DNA of 64,000 nucleotides from Bugula neritina (Eukaryota; Animalia; Bryozoa), in the NCBI GenBank assembly GCA_964035545.1, contig OZ037765.1, positions 16,306,995 through 16,370,994 on the forward strand, written 5' to 3'. Positions 1 through 14,700 of the stretch are shown here, one piece after another. Position 1 is the first letter of the stretch. Each line of letters starts with the position of its first letter. The notes under the pieces were generated by a model that had not been told where the DNA came from, searched no databases, and saw nothing but the letters and a program-made list of their open reading frames with translations. The position numbers were made by a program, and so were the translations under genes.

Positions 1-442
1 CCATTATATTTAATTTTATTATTAGTATTACCATTATAATTATAATAAATTTTAACTTTAAATTTATTATTCAATTATTTGAAAGCTTAACTTCAAGATT
101 ATGTTAAAACTTGAAGTTTTTGTTAATAATAGCTATAACTATAAGTATAGGGTTATTTCTTTTTTAATTTTAATTTTACTTTTAGTTTTACTTTTAGACT
201 ACGTGAAGTGACTCACTGACAGTGACAGTAATTGTAAGTGTTACTGTTAGTGTGACAGAGCCGTATAGCTATCACTATGAGTATGACTATATCTTTTACT
301 ATCACTATCAGTACTAGCTAGTAGTAGTATTAAATTGTAAGATTTAATAGAATTGTAATGATTATGCTAAGCCTACATAAAAAATCGAATTCTGCTCTAA
401 ACAGCTCCGAGTTGAGACCGAGTACGATAGTTTGGCGTTCTC

Positions 443-493
443 AAGTTTGGAGTTGGGGTTTAGGTTGAAACTATGAACCCCAACTCCAAACTT
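443..493. other. Perfect 18-bp inverted repeat (hairpin/cruciform) with 15-nt loop
   Basis: AAGTTTGGAGTTGGGGTT (443-460) is the exact reverse complement of AACCCCAACTCCAAACTT (476-493). Confidence 0.8.
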
Positions 494-2705
494 ATTCTGA
501 ATTACTGGACTCAGTCACCCCCGATTCGGGGCTGCTTATAGATAAAAATTGTTTATAGCTTTGGTTCTTGGGTTTGTAAAACTAAACATTACAATTTCCT
601 GATGTGGATGTAACATACTTATTTTGTTTCAGATTATCCTAGTCTACAGGCAAAATAAATCTTGAACTGAATAATAATTATTTCTAGTTCGGCGGTTAGG
701 CACGCCAAGATTTTCGAAGTTATCTCCCACATAATATTATAATGTTCACATGAGTAATCGATTTCACGCCTCAGTAATTTGAAGTTAACAGCACTGTATT
801 GCACATTAGCAGGTATTATAGCTCAGTCTGTCGTCTTGAGACCTGTTAAATTTACAGTATTGCCATTAAATTTTAGTTCGGGAGAAGAACTATAGAGGCA
901 AGTACTTTAAAGCTACAGCAGACAAATATCAAACAGGTTAGTTAAGTGGCTGTTAACTATTATTATTCACTTAATGAAAATGGTGGCACAGTATTCACTA
1001 AAGGTGCAGGCTATGTTATTATTAATGTTATAAATATAAAATGTTCATTTAAGTCTAGGAATTTAAATTTTTATTAATTGAAACTTTTTATAGTGTAATC
1101 AAGTGTGTATATATTCCAAAATGTATAATCTATCTAAAAAGAATTGTTAGAGTTATTTGCATTTTGCAATAATAATGGTTGAGTAATGGTCAACTATAAC
1201 CTGAAAATATTATCATTTTCCACCTTCAAGGCTACATGATAATGAATATATACTTGCAATGATTATAATATCACTATGATAGTGATTATATGGTGTGTAG
1301 TTTTTAGGATATGCCTGTTCTAACATGCTTAAAATATATTGGTGTTGCTATAAGCTATAATAAGTTAAATTGGCCTAAAATATTTATATTTATTTACTGC
1401 CAAATAAGTTGCTAAGATAAATGTACATTTGAACAGATTTAGTTTAGTTGCTCGTGTCATTGTAAAACACAGTCCTAGCCAAATGCAAGCTACAAAGCAC
1501 ATCCTATAAATCCATAGACTGCATGTTGATATTGTCAGAAATACGTGACTAATTTGCCTCCAGCCATGCAACCCAGCTTGAGACTGGCATAGGAGTGACT
1601 GTAGTGCCCTTCTCCATGTTATCCATTACCCTGCTGCAGGTTTGGTCCACCAAGCTGACTGCAAGTGCATGGGGTGTGCAAGCTATGCAGGCACTTCCCT
1701 TTGCTAGGCTATGGTCGCTTTTTGGGGGTTGCTTAAAGCATGGCATTGGTTTTAATTAAACCTATGCTTGAACTGAGTGTACCTTTCTCTTCTCAGTACT
1801 TTCTCGGCTGGAGTAATTGCAATAGCTGTTTTTGATTATATACTATGCTGTGTCAGCTGCTTGCAAATGGCAAGTCGCCTTCAATTTTTAGTATAGTAGT
1901 ATTCATGTTAATAACCTAAATTCTAGCTTCTAATAACTTCTGTAAGATAGGCTGTTCTGAGTTAGCCCCAACTTCAAAGCTAATCAGCGGTACTTACAGA
2001 AAAATCTTATATAAAAGGTGTTGATTTAAAAGAAACATTAGCTAATGTAAGAATTATATTGAATTATGAGAAATATTAAATTAAATTAAATTTGTTGAAA
2101 TGCTGTTGCCGTCTTAGTTTAATGGTCTATTTTATATCACTAGAAAGCCTGAGATTGGCTGATTATACCTTGTATGAACTTGAAGATCTGGTTAATGATT
2201 AGAAGGTTATGCTAATAATATGGTGCTTTGTCACCTGTAGAATAGTGTCACTGTGTTCAAATTACTATGTTGGCTAAAATTGGAGATCTTTAAATTTTCT
2301 AAAAAAAATGCTGGGCAGGAAACAATTTTTTAACATACACTCTTCTTTTGATCAGGTTATCTAAGAAAAGTGTAATATACAGATTAGCATTTATAGTTTT
2401 TCCTTCTATATTTTGTTAACTGCTACCTAAAATCAACTCAATTATTTATAAACAATATTATTATGATATGATGGCAAGATTATTTTGTCATAAGTCGAGT
2501 TAAGTACTTCAACTTTTTTATTTGTCAACGTAAGTGTATATAGACTAAGCCTTGTATTATTGTGTTACATTCTATTACACTACAACTAATGTAAAAATTT
2601 GGTTAGTATCAAATTAGGTCATAACTTGCTGACTAACTGCTTATGTGTCAACAATCAAATGTTACAGGTATCTTGGCTTTGGGCAAAGATTCAGCAGTTC
2701 AGAAG

Positions 2706-5700
2706 ATGTTTAGGGTGGCTTTCGCCATCACTCTATGGGCTGCAGTATTATGTGCTGAGTTTGTGAATCAGCCGACTAGTGTTGTGTACAAGCAGGGTGT
2801 GGACACCACAGGTTATGTAGCTTGTAAGATCAGTCCGCCAAACCTCAATGTTATTTGGAACATCCAACTTTTAAACGTACCTCACCCTCAAGTCATCTAC
2901 TCCAGTCCCAATTTCTTCAGTGAGCAGCTAGAAACAAAGTATTCCATCAATGCTGATGCTAGTTCTACTGGAAACTATAGCCTTATTATTCACAATCTGG
3001 AGAGAGGGGACTCAGGGAGATATACATGTCAAGTTTTAAACTTAGGAACTCAAGCTGCAAATGTAACAGTAGCAGGTAAGCTCTTTTATTTATACTAGAT
3101 TCTAGAAGTAAAGTGTTTACAGATTGAATTCAGTCAGTCTGATACAGCATAGCATGTGGTAGTTATTCTATTACCTTGAAAATAATAAAATTGAATTTCA
3201 GTTTCATACCAAGCAGTAGAAAACTTACATTTGTATCCAGTAGAAACACTTCGTAGTTAGATCAATACATGAATGTAGAATTCTATTATTAAAAAAACGA
3301 CTCATTTAACTTGCTGGTAAAACTTTTTTTCAAGAATATGCTTTTAATAGAAAAGAACGAATGCTCAAAACTTGCTCAACTAAAAAGTTTTGATTTACGC
3401 GTGCATTAGAAAGAAAGGCTAAAAATATATAAGCAAATATAATTTTGAATTCGAAGATATTTTAAGGTGCCAAAACTATTTTCCTTCTACATTGAATAAT
3501 TTTAGGAAATTAAAGGTCAGATCATAAGCTTAGTTACCTGATAAACCTGTTTTAGCTTCTGCTTGAACTCTTTTAATAATAATTATATATAATTATTACT
3601 AAAATATATACTTTTATGTATTATATATACATAGTAATTACTTAATTTGATCAGCTAGAGTTTTTTAAACTGGAATAAGATTGATAAAAACATAATATAG
3701 GTATGTATCAAGTGCAAATAAACACACAGCTGGAGACAATTCTAATTCTTTACACAGTGCTAAGAGCATAATTATTGGGTTGTCTAATAAATTTCTAACT
3801 CATAGTCATCTTTATGGATGGAGTTATCAAGTGTTTGGTATAATATAATGTATGACTGAAGCTTTTCTGTCAGTCATTAGATCTCCCACATCTGCATCAC
3901 CAATCTTCACCATCTACATATATAATTATATTTCTAATCAGATAAGCCATGGCTCTAAGAAGCTATTAGTTGACTAAGATAATACAAATGGTTGTATTTC
4001 GACTCAAATGGAGTTTTAGATAACTATACCAGCATTGGAAACCTATAGACACTCTCAGAGCTTGATAGAAACTTGCAAGAAATTATAGGAAATTATTCGA
4101 CTTAATTATTAAATTGCAAATTTCTTTGTAGCATTTTTAAAAGAGGTATAGACATGAGATGCAACTCCCCATCAATGTTTGATTTAATTATTGCGATATT
4201 AGATAGTAATTTATTTTATTAAAACTAGTCTGATATACTTCATTCAACGCTGGATCTAAAGTTTAAATAGTATGAATAGTTTTTGTTGTATAATTCTAGC
4301 ACCATAAGACAGTCAAATAAATAGTATTGATTATTATGATCAATTTCTACGTTTGTTTAATATCCTGTGTAATGCTTGAATATAAAGTAAACAGCGTTTT
4401 AGCATATCAATTTCAACTTAGAAAATATCTGCAAAATCAACAATTAAGTTGAAGCCTACATAAACTTGACTGTAGTTATATGGCTCATTGTTTAACCTGC
4501 TCAAGTAACCTTCAACAAAACTAGTAAATGGGCTGACAATGTTTGCTTGCTTTTGCAGCAAAGTTTCTATTCACTGGGTAAACATATTTCTTTATTCTTG
4601 TTGCTCTATAAAAGTCAATAAGCATTTTAAGTGAACTGTGGAACAAATGATTGTAAAGTGGAAAAAACTAAGTGGTTGACAATAGGCCTAAAATCTCGAT
4701 AGCAGATTTTAAAATCAATGCAGTTTACAGTTAAGGGTGGATGAAAGTAGTGTGCTAATTGAACTGGTAATATTGTTATGCTCTTAGTCTATTTTAATAT
4801 CTTTACAATAATCATCAATCTTCTTAACAACCCGAGGCAATGATTAAGCATCTATTGTCTGAAAACCATCCAATTAAATCATTATAACTGTAAAAATATC
4901 TACAATAAATGATACCTTCACAAAGAGTACAATGTATATAAACCTATCTTCAGTTCAACAAACTTTGCAATAAACTTTCTTGTCCCAGTATAAAAAAATC
5001 GTCTTCAAAGCAGATACTTAATGTCATAAATGATGGTATGGTATGCTATAAGTTAGGTGACTAATTATGTTGTATATTGGTGATATCATTGAATTCAGAA
5101 TAATAAATATGAAATGGTGACAGATGTACGGACATAGCACTGCGCTGTGGAATAATAATCATACAGTGCTATATAGTGCTTAGTAACCAGTTTGCTGCGA
5201 GACGTGTAACATATTGGCTACATTTAAATGGTTTGTATGGGTAATCTGCAGTAAATATATTCCTAAATTACAGCATTACATCTAATCACCTCAACAAATT
5301 CAACAGATAATCAGCTATTTATTTTATACCTACAGAAATAATAGAATAGTATTAAATCTAAGTTAACGGCGAATATAGTTCAGTCCGAAGAGCACAGTCT
5401 ACAGACCACCACATTAATATTCATGTAAAGAGAATTCCATGAAACATGAGGAATTATGTAGATAAGCAATGATTTTGATTCCTCATCGGACATTATCAGC
5501 TATTGTGAAACAAGTATCATAGAATGCAACAATCCTTTAACTTCTCGGTACAAGTTTCACTAGCCACCTACTCAAATGGCCCACAGAGGCTCTCTTTATT
5601 TTTGTAGCATATAATTATTATAATACTTCAGTAAGAAAGTAGTATATGATGATAGTCATTATCTACTTGACAGCCAACCAATTGGCATTATTTCCTCTTC

Positions 5701-8700
5701 ATTTAAAATTATCATTATAGTTTATCATGATGTCAATGTAATTAACCTTGGTAGTTTGGCCCTAAAGCCACCACTCTCTCCTTAGTGCCCATTATATCTG
5801 AAATAATTTACATGAGCCTTAAGCCTGCAAGGTATAAGGGGAGCAACTGTTTACTTATAAATGGCACATTCCACCACAGAGCTTTTATGATGAGACTTTG
5901 ATAATATTTGTGTTGGATCCGCAAGGCAGACATCAATTTTCTATTACTGTTGGTTTAAATAATAGTTATCATTTCACACCTGTGCTGACAGTCCACTGGG
6001 GGACAGAAGAAGCATTAGTCTTCACTCTCCACCTGCTATCCACTTAGTTATATGAACTTTTCATGATATAATGCTGTTGCCCAGTTTAGTTGTAACTTAC
6101 TCTGTAAAACACTAGACAAACTGTTGCAACAACAATATACTGGTACAAGGGTGTTATGCAGTTACATGTTGACAATGTTCAAAAGTTTGCCTTCTTTGAA
6201 ACAAACTTATAACTAACTCAAGCTGTGTGAATTTACCCTTAGAGTGGAATCAATGTAAGCTATTCTACAGATCTATATAATTAGTTCCTATATAGCACAT
6301 TGTTAAACTAGTGAAGTCTAATTAGTCACTGTTATGGTCCAAACACCTCAGTTTGCTATCAAAGTGGCTACTTGTCTGTCTCCTTTCTCCTTGTGGGTGC
6401 TAAGATACACAGACATTTGCTACTTCAGCTTTCAATTTAGAAAATCTGGAGCCTTGCATTGCACCAGCTCTACTCTATGCATTGTATCTCATAAAACAGC
6501 AATAAACATGTGCACCGAAAGGCAACTAGCTTGAGAAAATTCTGTTCAAATTTTAAAAGTCTAGATTTAAAAATAACAACAATACAGCTTTATGTTTGTT
6601 CAGATTTTATCAGATAAAGGTATTTCTAATTTGTATCAACATTTGTGACCTGGCACCACAAAACAAGGGATGTATATAAAGTGTTGAAAACCTAGTTATT
6701 ACTATGGAGTGATAGAGCAGACTTTTTCAAACATTTTGCACTTTATTTGAAGTCTCTAGCATAAATAGAACTCGAGATATCAGTATTTATAAACTTTAAC
6801 GTTTTTAGAATTTCTAAATTACTGTTTCGAGAAAATAGCGTTTAAAGTTGGCAACTCTAGAATAAGTTGAGAATTATTTGTTTACAATTTACAAGCCTTA
6901 GCAACGGGTCTTTGTATAATAGGAATAGTGACAAATTTGGTATCAAAATAATTGTGAAAGTTTGGGCTTTCTGTTAAATTTAATTTTATGCTGCCTCAAC
7001 ATAAAATTAGGTCAAATATGGCCGCCAAACTTTTTGTCAAATTTATTTATCAATTTGCTTTTTACTTTGTGTAATGATTGAAAGGTTCAACAATTCCAGC
7101 AAAGAAGAGGATGTTTCAGCAAATTTGTGTGTTGAGATATTTAAATTAGGCATCCAAGTCAGCAGGAAGTCATATAAAACAAAATGGCAGCTGCTTCCTG
7201 TTATACATTGAATATCTTCCTCTCCTCTAATATATTGTGTAATATATCAAACTGCAGCTATTGAGCTATGCTGTTTCATAGTTATTGCTTAATGAGTAGA
7301 ACACTTATGAGAAAATCATTTGACTATTATGAGATCATTCGAGATTCATTCATAAATATCTTTATAATCTCTAACGGCAACTAAACTTAGCAATTGATGT
7401 TGAAAATATAAACATAAAATCAGCTATTAGAACTTTTGAGTTTTATTAGGCATTAATATTCACATTTAAAACATCAAATACATTATTTTAAAAAAATAAT
7501 TGAATGCAGTAACAAATCCAGCCTGGATACAATCATTATGCTTGAATTAACTCTAATCAAGAAAAGAAAGTTAGGTAGCTTCTACGGTTTTTGCAAAAAA
7601 AGGCACTTTTCATCTTTCTACTTCCTTGGTCTTCATAATATGAGTTTACGAAGTATGGACACATAACATCATGTATGTGGCAAAAGCTTCATCACTATCA
7701 TCAGCTGATTTTCTAGCAATTATAAATGCTGCTACTTGACATCTATTCTGCCAATCTACCCATCTATTGTCTATTCCAGAGCTGCAAGTACAATGTTGAC
7801 TTTTTTAAATAACAAAAGAAAACGGTAGTTTGATTAGAAATTATACGCAGTTATATTATAAAAATTTATTTGGTTAAACACTCTTGTGGTACTATTATGG
7901 CAGCAGTTAATTGTCATCCTGCATTTTATCAACATTTAAATGTATTGAATTAAACAGAACAATTTAAATTAAAAAAATTGTTCAAAATTTTTAAGCACAT
8001 CATTAAAAGACTGCAAACCTTTTTATGAATGAAATAAGCAGAAGCCATAACCTTGCAAGCCAAAATTCAGAGTGTCTACATTAGGAGTGTTAGATTGATA
8101 GGTAGTAGAGTTGTGTAGGTATAAGTCTTCACTCTAATGCTCTCACAAGCCCACTTTCTAAAATGTACAGAATATCATATTATTCTACATTAACATAGTA
8201 TTATCAGTAAAATTACACATTATGCACTTGAATATCTAGCATATCTGCAATTGACAATTTTGAAGCAATGTCTTTCGATAACTATTAACCACTCAGGCAT
8301 TTAATTGAGTAAAAAAGCTAGCTAAATGCAACTGAATATATTAAAGACATTTACTATAAAATCAATTTGAATTCAATAAATTACTTTAAAATATGAATAA
8401 ACTTTTGCTCATCCTTTATAATAAAATTAAAAAGTTTAGACTATTTATGCATTCAGTTAGTGTTACTACTCACTAAATAAGACTAAAAGTAACTTACTGA
8501 AGAACTAAGTCAGTCAACTATAGAACCAATATGAACTCGCATTAATATTTCATCATTATACTCATTTACATTTAATCACATTTACCATTTCAATTTGGTT
8601 ATAGGTGATGCTTTTATCAATATAAATAGGATTACCAATTGAGTTTTGACAGTAACTGTAAGCCTGCATAATGTGATAAAGATTTTATCATTATATTTTA

Positions 8701-11700
8701 AATCAAACTTTGAGCTAATTTGAAAATCACAAAAGGAAACGGTAGTTTGACTAGTAGGCCTAACGTTAATACTAATAGTAATAGTAATACTAATAGTAAT
8801 CAGTAACTGTATTCACAAAATCTAAGACAGAGGCTAAAAGTTACTAAGAATAAGTCCAATGTAAATTTAAATATCAACTATAGAATAAATCAATAAATAT
8901 AATACTATCAATGTAAGTATCAAGTTTTAAGACCGAAGGCGAAACTCAGAGTCAGACTCAAATAGTGAATTTATAATTATTAATTATTACTTATAGTTAT
9001 ACTATTAATATTAATCAATTTAATGAGCTACATTTGGTTTTACTGCCAAATACCAGTATCAGTAAATCATGAATAATATTCATCATGATTATCATTATGA
9101 GTAACCGTAACTCAAACTGTGAGTCATAGTGAGAGTCATTTAAATAGTTACTAGTACTGTAGTAGTAGTATAAGTATAGAATAACAATAGACATACTCCT
9201 ACTCCTAGGGCTAGTGATAGTAAGAATATTAATAAATTGATAACTACAAATAATCCTGGCAACAATGCTAAGTTAATAGCGTAAAGGATGGTTTTAAGTA
9301 TAATTACCTGTATTGTTGTGATTTTCAAGCTTGAACGCTAAAGATAAAGATTAAGTTTAGCATTTATCACCAAAGGGCAAAACAGCTCAGTAACTTAAAA
9401 GCTAACTTTGGATGGAGCAAGATGAAAAACTAAAACTAGCCTGCGATTTTAAATACGATGCTTCTGACAATGCGAAGAAAGACGTGTAAGCCAAACTCAT
9501 TTGATAAAAAAATAAATTTGCAAGATCTCACGCTATGAAAATGACTAAAATTGTCTTCTTTCTTTATTTGATAACTTCGCAATTTTTTCATCATTTAAAA
9601 ATTGAATGCCTTAGTTACCAAATTTAAATGCAATTTTGAAGCTGAAGGAATCATCAAATGCTTACGAAAGTATGATTTTTGAAATCCTTAGATTTTTTTG
9701 TATTAGAAAAGTTCAAAACCTAAAAACTGGAAATTAATTTCAAATTTAAGTATATCCAAATTAAACCTTCATTTACTACACTTTATAAACGCCGCCACAT
9801 CCCCGGTTTTGTCGCGACTGGTCACATTTATTCAAAAGCAAGAAAATGAAATAAAGACCGTGTGACAATACAATACTGTTAAACACTAAACAATGCCTTC
9901 CCTTGATTTGTATGTTTTGATTAGATTCATGACCATCAATAATTCCTTTCATATCCTATTAGCTGCTGCATATGAAGACCTTCAGCATAGTTTGCTTTAC
10001 AAAGTAAAACAGACAGCTGGTGGCTGTGACTACGATAATCATTATACAAAGCACTATCGCTAATATTCATTTAATATAGGCTATTGTCAGCATATCAAAA
10101 TGCTAAGAATAACATGTTGTAATTCATTATACTTATATTAAGATCTTTAAATGGCACTTATAGGGATAACTTTCTTTTCACCACCTGGCTTCATAACATA
10201 AACTGCTTTGTTATTTTAGATCGAAATTTTTGAATGTAATTTAGATGGTTGTTAGTGGTTTGTGATTTGATGAATAAACTTTGCTTTCTATTATTACAAA
10301 TATGTTTGAACATCCTGAGATATAAAGAGATTATTTAAATTATATTTTATTGGAGAAAAACTTTTAGAAGTTACTGCATCACTAGCCAATCTAAAAGTCA
10401 GCTTTGTTTATGCAAACATTTAGAAAATGGAAAGTTAAGTGAAAGTGCTTTAAGCAATATATTGATCTTTGGCTATACTTGTACACTAGGTTAACTTTGT
10501 TGAAAGTTTAACTGCAGAAATGATGTAGCTCATGTGATCTAAAGAAATTATATAAAAAAGTATTGCCCAGTCATTACTGTGATATATAAATATTGTTTTC
10601 TTTCACTCAAAGTTTGTTGACTTCAATAATAAATTTGACAGCTACGTCTTAAAATTCTTATAATCAAAATGTGGTTTACATCACACATCGGAAATTTTAC
10701 GTAAAATATGAATTTGGCAAAAAATAATGTCTAATCAAAAATATGACGTCAAGCAGCCTCCAATCCATCTTTAGCCGATTTTTCATACATATGATGTTTA
10801 CTCCCTGAATGGTATGATATCAGATTTAGCAACACCATACTCTATCTCTTCTCTGCTACAGACTTTATATGCAGGCATCAGCTCACAATATTAATACTTC
10901 ATCTTATCTTTTACAGATCCACCAGGTATACCAGTCGTAACAGCACTATCTGTAGCTCTCCGAGAAGGAGTAACATCTACATTCAGTTGTGAGTCTGAAG
11001 GGGGATTTCCGGCAGCAACATTTACATGGTTGCTAGCAGACACCAGACTCTCAAACACAGCACACACTGACTCAGAGTCCGCAGGCGTGTCTAAAAGTGT
11101 ACTTTCTGTGGAGCTTTCATATCTCCACCACAGAGCTCTGCTTACCTGTGTTTCTCACAACATATTAAGCAGCACAAACTTCTCGATTGTGTTAGATGTT
11201 CAGTGTAAGTGATATACTTATGCAAGCTGTGGTTATCCAACTAGTTTGATAAGTAACTCTAATCCATTAGATAAATTCTATAAAACTAATAGTATTGTTT
11301 ATAAAACCAACCAAACTGGTCGTAACTATGTGATAGTCTCAAATATTTTTGAAATATCATCTTTTTGCTTTTGGTCTGTAATTTCTTCATTCTGTTCACT
11401 TTATACACTTACACTACTTGACACAACTCTTTATTAGGTGTAGCAGTGTTTATAATACTTCTAGCATGTGGTCAGTTAAAAAGTTGTTTTTATTTTTATA
11501 GCCATAAGACCATCCAGGCAGATAAAACATTCAGGCCACTCTTTTTCTGGTTGCCACAGTAATGGGTTTAAGTTTCTGTATTATAAGAGCTAATAATCTG
11601 CTAATTACCTCCCAGTTCAGACTTTAGCCTTAGCTATAGAATTTATTACTAAAGACATTTGCATTAAGTTGTATGAAAGTTACATGAAAGACAAATTAGT

Positions 11701-14700
11701 TTATGGATTATTATTTAAGTCAATAGACCAGTATCAGTTTGTAACAAGCTGCCAGCGTGACTAAAGAATGGTAATTATATTGTAACCTTGTCAAGTTCTT
11801 TCAGAGCTCAAGATGTTTTGCTTTAAACCTGCCTGTGCTGTAATTGATTACCTTATGCTGCTTTTGAAAATTACACCTAATTCTGAAATTGAATCAATAG
11901 AGAGGTTGCAGTCTGTCAAGTCGTGTTACAAACTCCAACGGCATCAATGTGAATATTTATATAAATAGCGATAACCATGCAGGGTAGACAAAAAACAGAT
12001 ATTTCAAAAAGCTGTAAATTCCTTAAAATATAAACAGTAATATGCAAAGTTCTGTAAAAAAATTTCTTTGGCTAATAATTGTAATTTTCAATACAGTTGG
12101 GGGAGGGGGGTTGGAATTTAATTCAGTCCTTGCCACAAAGTATTGAAGGGAGTTTCAACTTGCAGTATAAGCTAGTTATGTAGACTATAAAATAACTCCA
12201 TCACTCTATTATTATAAGCTGAGAAACCCCATGTGCACAATTACAAATTACCGTGGTAGGCTGCAAACTTTCAATAATATTGTTGATGAACAAACTATAT
12301 CTTATGATTAGTTTAACTTGCAATAAAAGGGTTTCCATACACAGTTTAAGCCAAGGGTGTGACTGAGGAGGAGCCATTTCAGCACCATGGTCACAATTCC
12401 TTATTGATGGTGTAGTGCACACGACTCCTCTATCACTTGACAGCTATAAAATCAACTGCAGTCACTTACTAGTGTATTATAGATCTTTGATTAATGGTTT
12501 GAAATGACACATGATGATGGATTTCATATCATAAATTATGCATCACTTGACGTTCAACTTCACCAGTTACCAAGCTACAATCAGATCTGTATGTTAAGCT
12601 AGTAGAATTATAAAAGTTCTCCTAGTCACAGACTATGTAGGTTAAACTTTAGATGGTTTTAAAAGAACAAACTGTAGGAGATTGTAACTACTTCATATGT
12701 CTAATTACTCAAATTATGGTATTGTAAAATTTTTCATGGTAAGAATTAGGTACTAGCCAACAGAAGTCTTGTGGGTGAATTATATACAGCCATGGAGTAA
12801 AATAAAATTGTGCTAAAATCAGGATATATTGGGCTACGAAAGAATTACTGAAAGATTTACTTCTCAGGCATCAATGTCACTTACAATCGTTATGAGCTGA
12901 TCATTTTTAACTTTTCAGCTTCAACTGTTATTATTAAAATGACAGGCTATGCTTTAGCAATTCAATTGCTAATCTGCATCTTCAGATATAACCATAATTA
13001 TAGCAAAAGTTATTCAGACTTTGGAGAGTATAAAGAAGAAATGCTGAAACCACCATGCATGTATAATTTCCATAGAAGTGGTTATTATCTCACCAAGGAC
13101 TCCATTATGATAGAAGAATATTATTGTAATTTCATAGGTGGTGTTCATAGCTAGAGAAAACAGTGCTGAGTATTCTAGTAAACCAGCTGATAGCTCTCTG
13201 ACTTTTAATATTAATTTTAAGTTTCATGTTTTATTGTCAATTTAAGACTCCAATCTCTTTTGGTGCCCAACTTATTACAACAATAACCTGAGTGCTTACA
13301 ATAAGGCTCAATAATGTTCTATAACCTAAAAACAATACTGCTATACATACAGGTGAAAAGTAGCATTTCCTTTTTCTTTTCTTTTTTATTGTTCCTTTTT
13401 CATTTGGTACACCTTTCTTGCCTTGCTAGCTATCATAGCAAACTTTAAATTTTAGCAAACCGAGTATAAGAAAATATAAGGCTTATAAGAATATAACCTT
13501 TACCTTGAATTGAAAACAGTTGATTCTGAAAACATCCATGTTTTGTTTGAACTACAAGCTGGGTGAGATGACCAAGACTCTAGCACCTTGAAGCTCCTTT
13601 TACTATACTCATATCTTACTTATAAAATTATTCATGTTTTGCAGATAAACCCAGACTGACTTTAAGTCGTACAGAGTTGATTGTAATGAGAGGCGAGCCA
13701 TTCCAGTTGATGTGTAACGCTACTGCTAACCCAGCAGTTTCTCAGAAGCAGTGGTTAACAGAAGATGGAAATGTCGTGTCAACTTCTCTCTTTAGAAATG
13801 GAGTATTAGATGACACAAAGTTAAAGTGCAGGGCAGAAAATTCCCTTGGAGTTACCGAGGAGACTGTTCAAGTCACAGTGCATTGTAAGTTGTGTTAACG
13901 GCACCTTAAACTATTCTATACTCATGGCCTTTCACTACTAGTGGCATGTCTTACACCCTTGCATGCAAGTCCAGTAAAGCAAAATTTCAGTAGAAGCTAG
14001 AATATTATGTGTTATGAATTATATTTAATATAATATCTGTATGTTACCAGTATAGCAGGTATTGGTAAACTCAGTAACAGCTCAGATCTTGGAAGCAAAT
14101 GCAGTACAGTATTTTCCATTTTTCAATAGTTAATTTATCATATTCTTTGTTTCACTATCGAGTCTAAAAATTTGCATACAATTTGATATGGTAATTCATG
14201 CAGCACATGTAGGGGCCTTTTCCCATCTTATGAATAATAATTATGCATTTTTCATCAGTTACATGAAATTATAACCATTCCTATTGTTTTAGTGCTAAAG
14301 ACTTATTTAATCCAATTATAAGTTTATTGTTTGATTACTTCATTAGATTTTAAATATATTTAGTAATGTCGTGTAGCAACAGGTAGTATTTCAACTTTCA
14401 TTTATTCACACAACTATTGTACATACAGTATCACTGCTGGTACTTCATTTAGCTATGGTTTACAAAATTTTCTGTTTATAAATTTTGTCTGTGTGTATAA
14501 AAGAAATGTTGGTTTCCCTCCAGATCAGCCAACAGTCTTGATAAGAGAAGGGAATGCAATAAATGTGTCGGAGTCTAGTGAAATCAGATTAACCTGCGAT
14601 GTGGATGCCAAGCCAGCAGCTGGCAGAGTGGAGTGGTACAGAGGTAAGTAAAATACTTACATTATGTAGGGATATGGCTAGTGCATATATCAGAGGCATG

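Noticed and set aside
1365-1746. Short ORFs in a slightly GC-richer patch upstream of the Ig CDS
   Set aside because: No domain or exon support; possibly a repeat fragment that I cannot classify.
12358-12445. Hairpin with internal loop followed by ACA (H/ACA-like)
   Set aside because: Pocket-to-ACA distance is ~26 nt rather than 14-16, and no clear H box or second hairpin was found.
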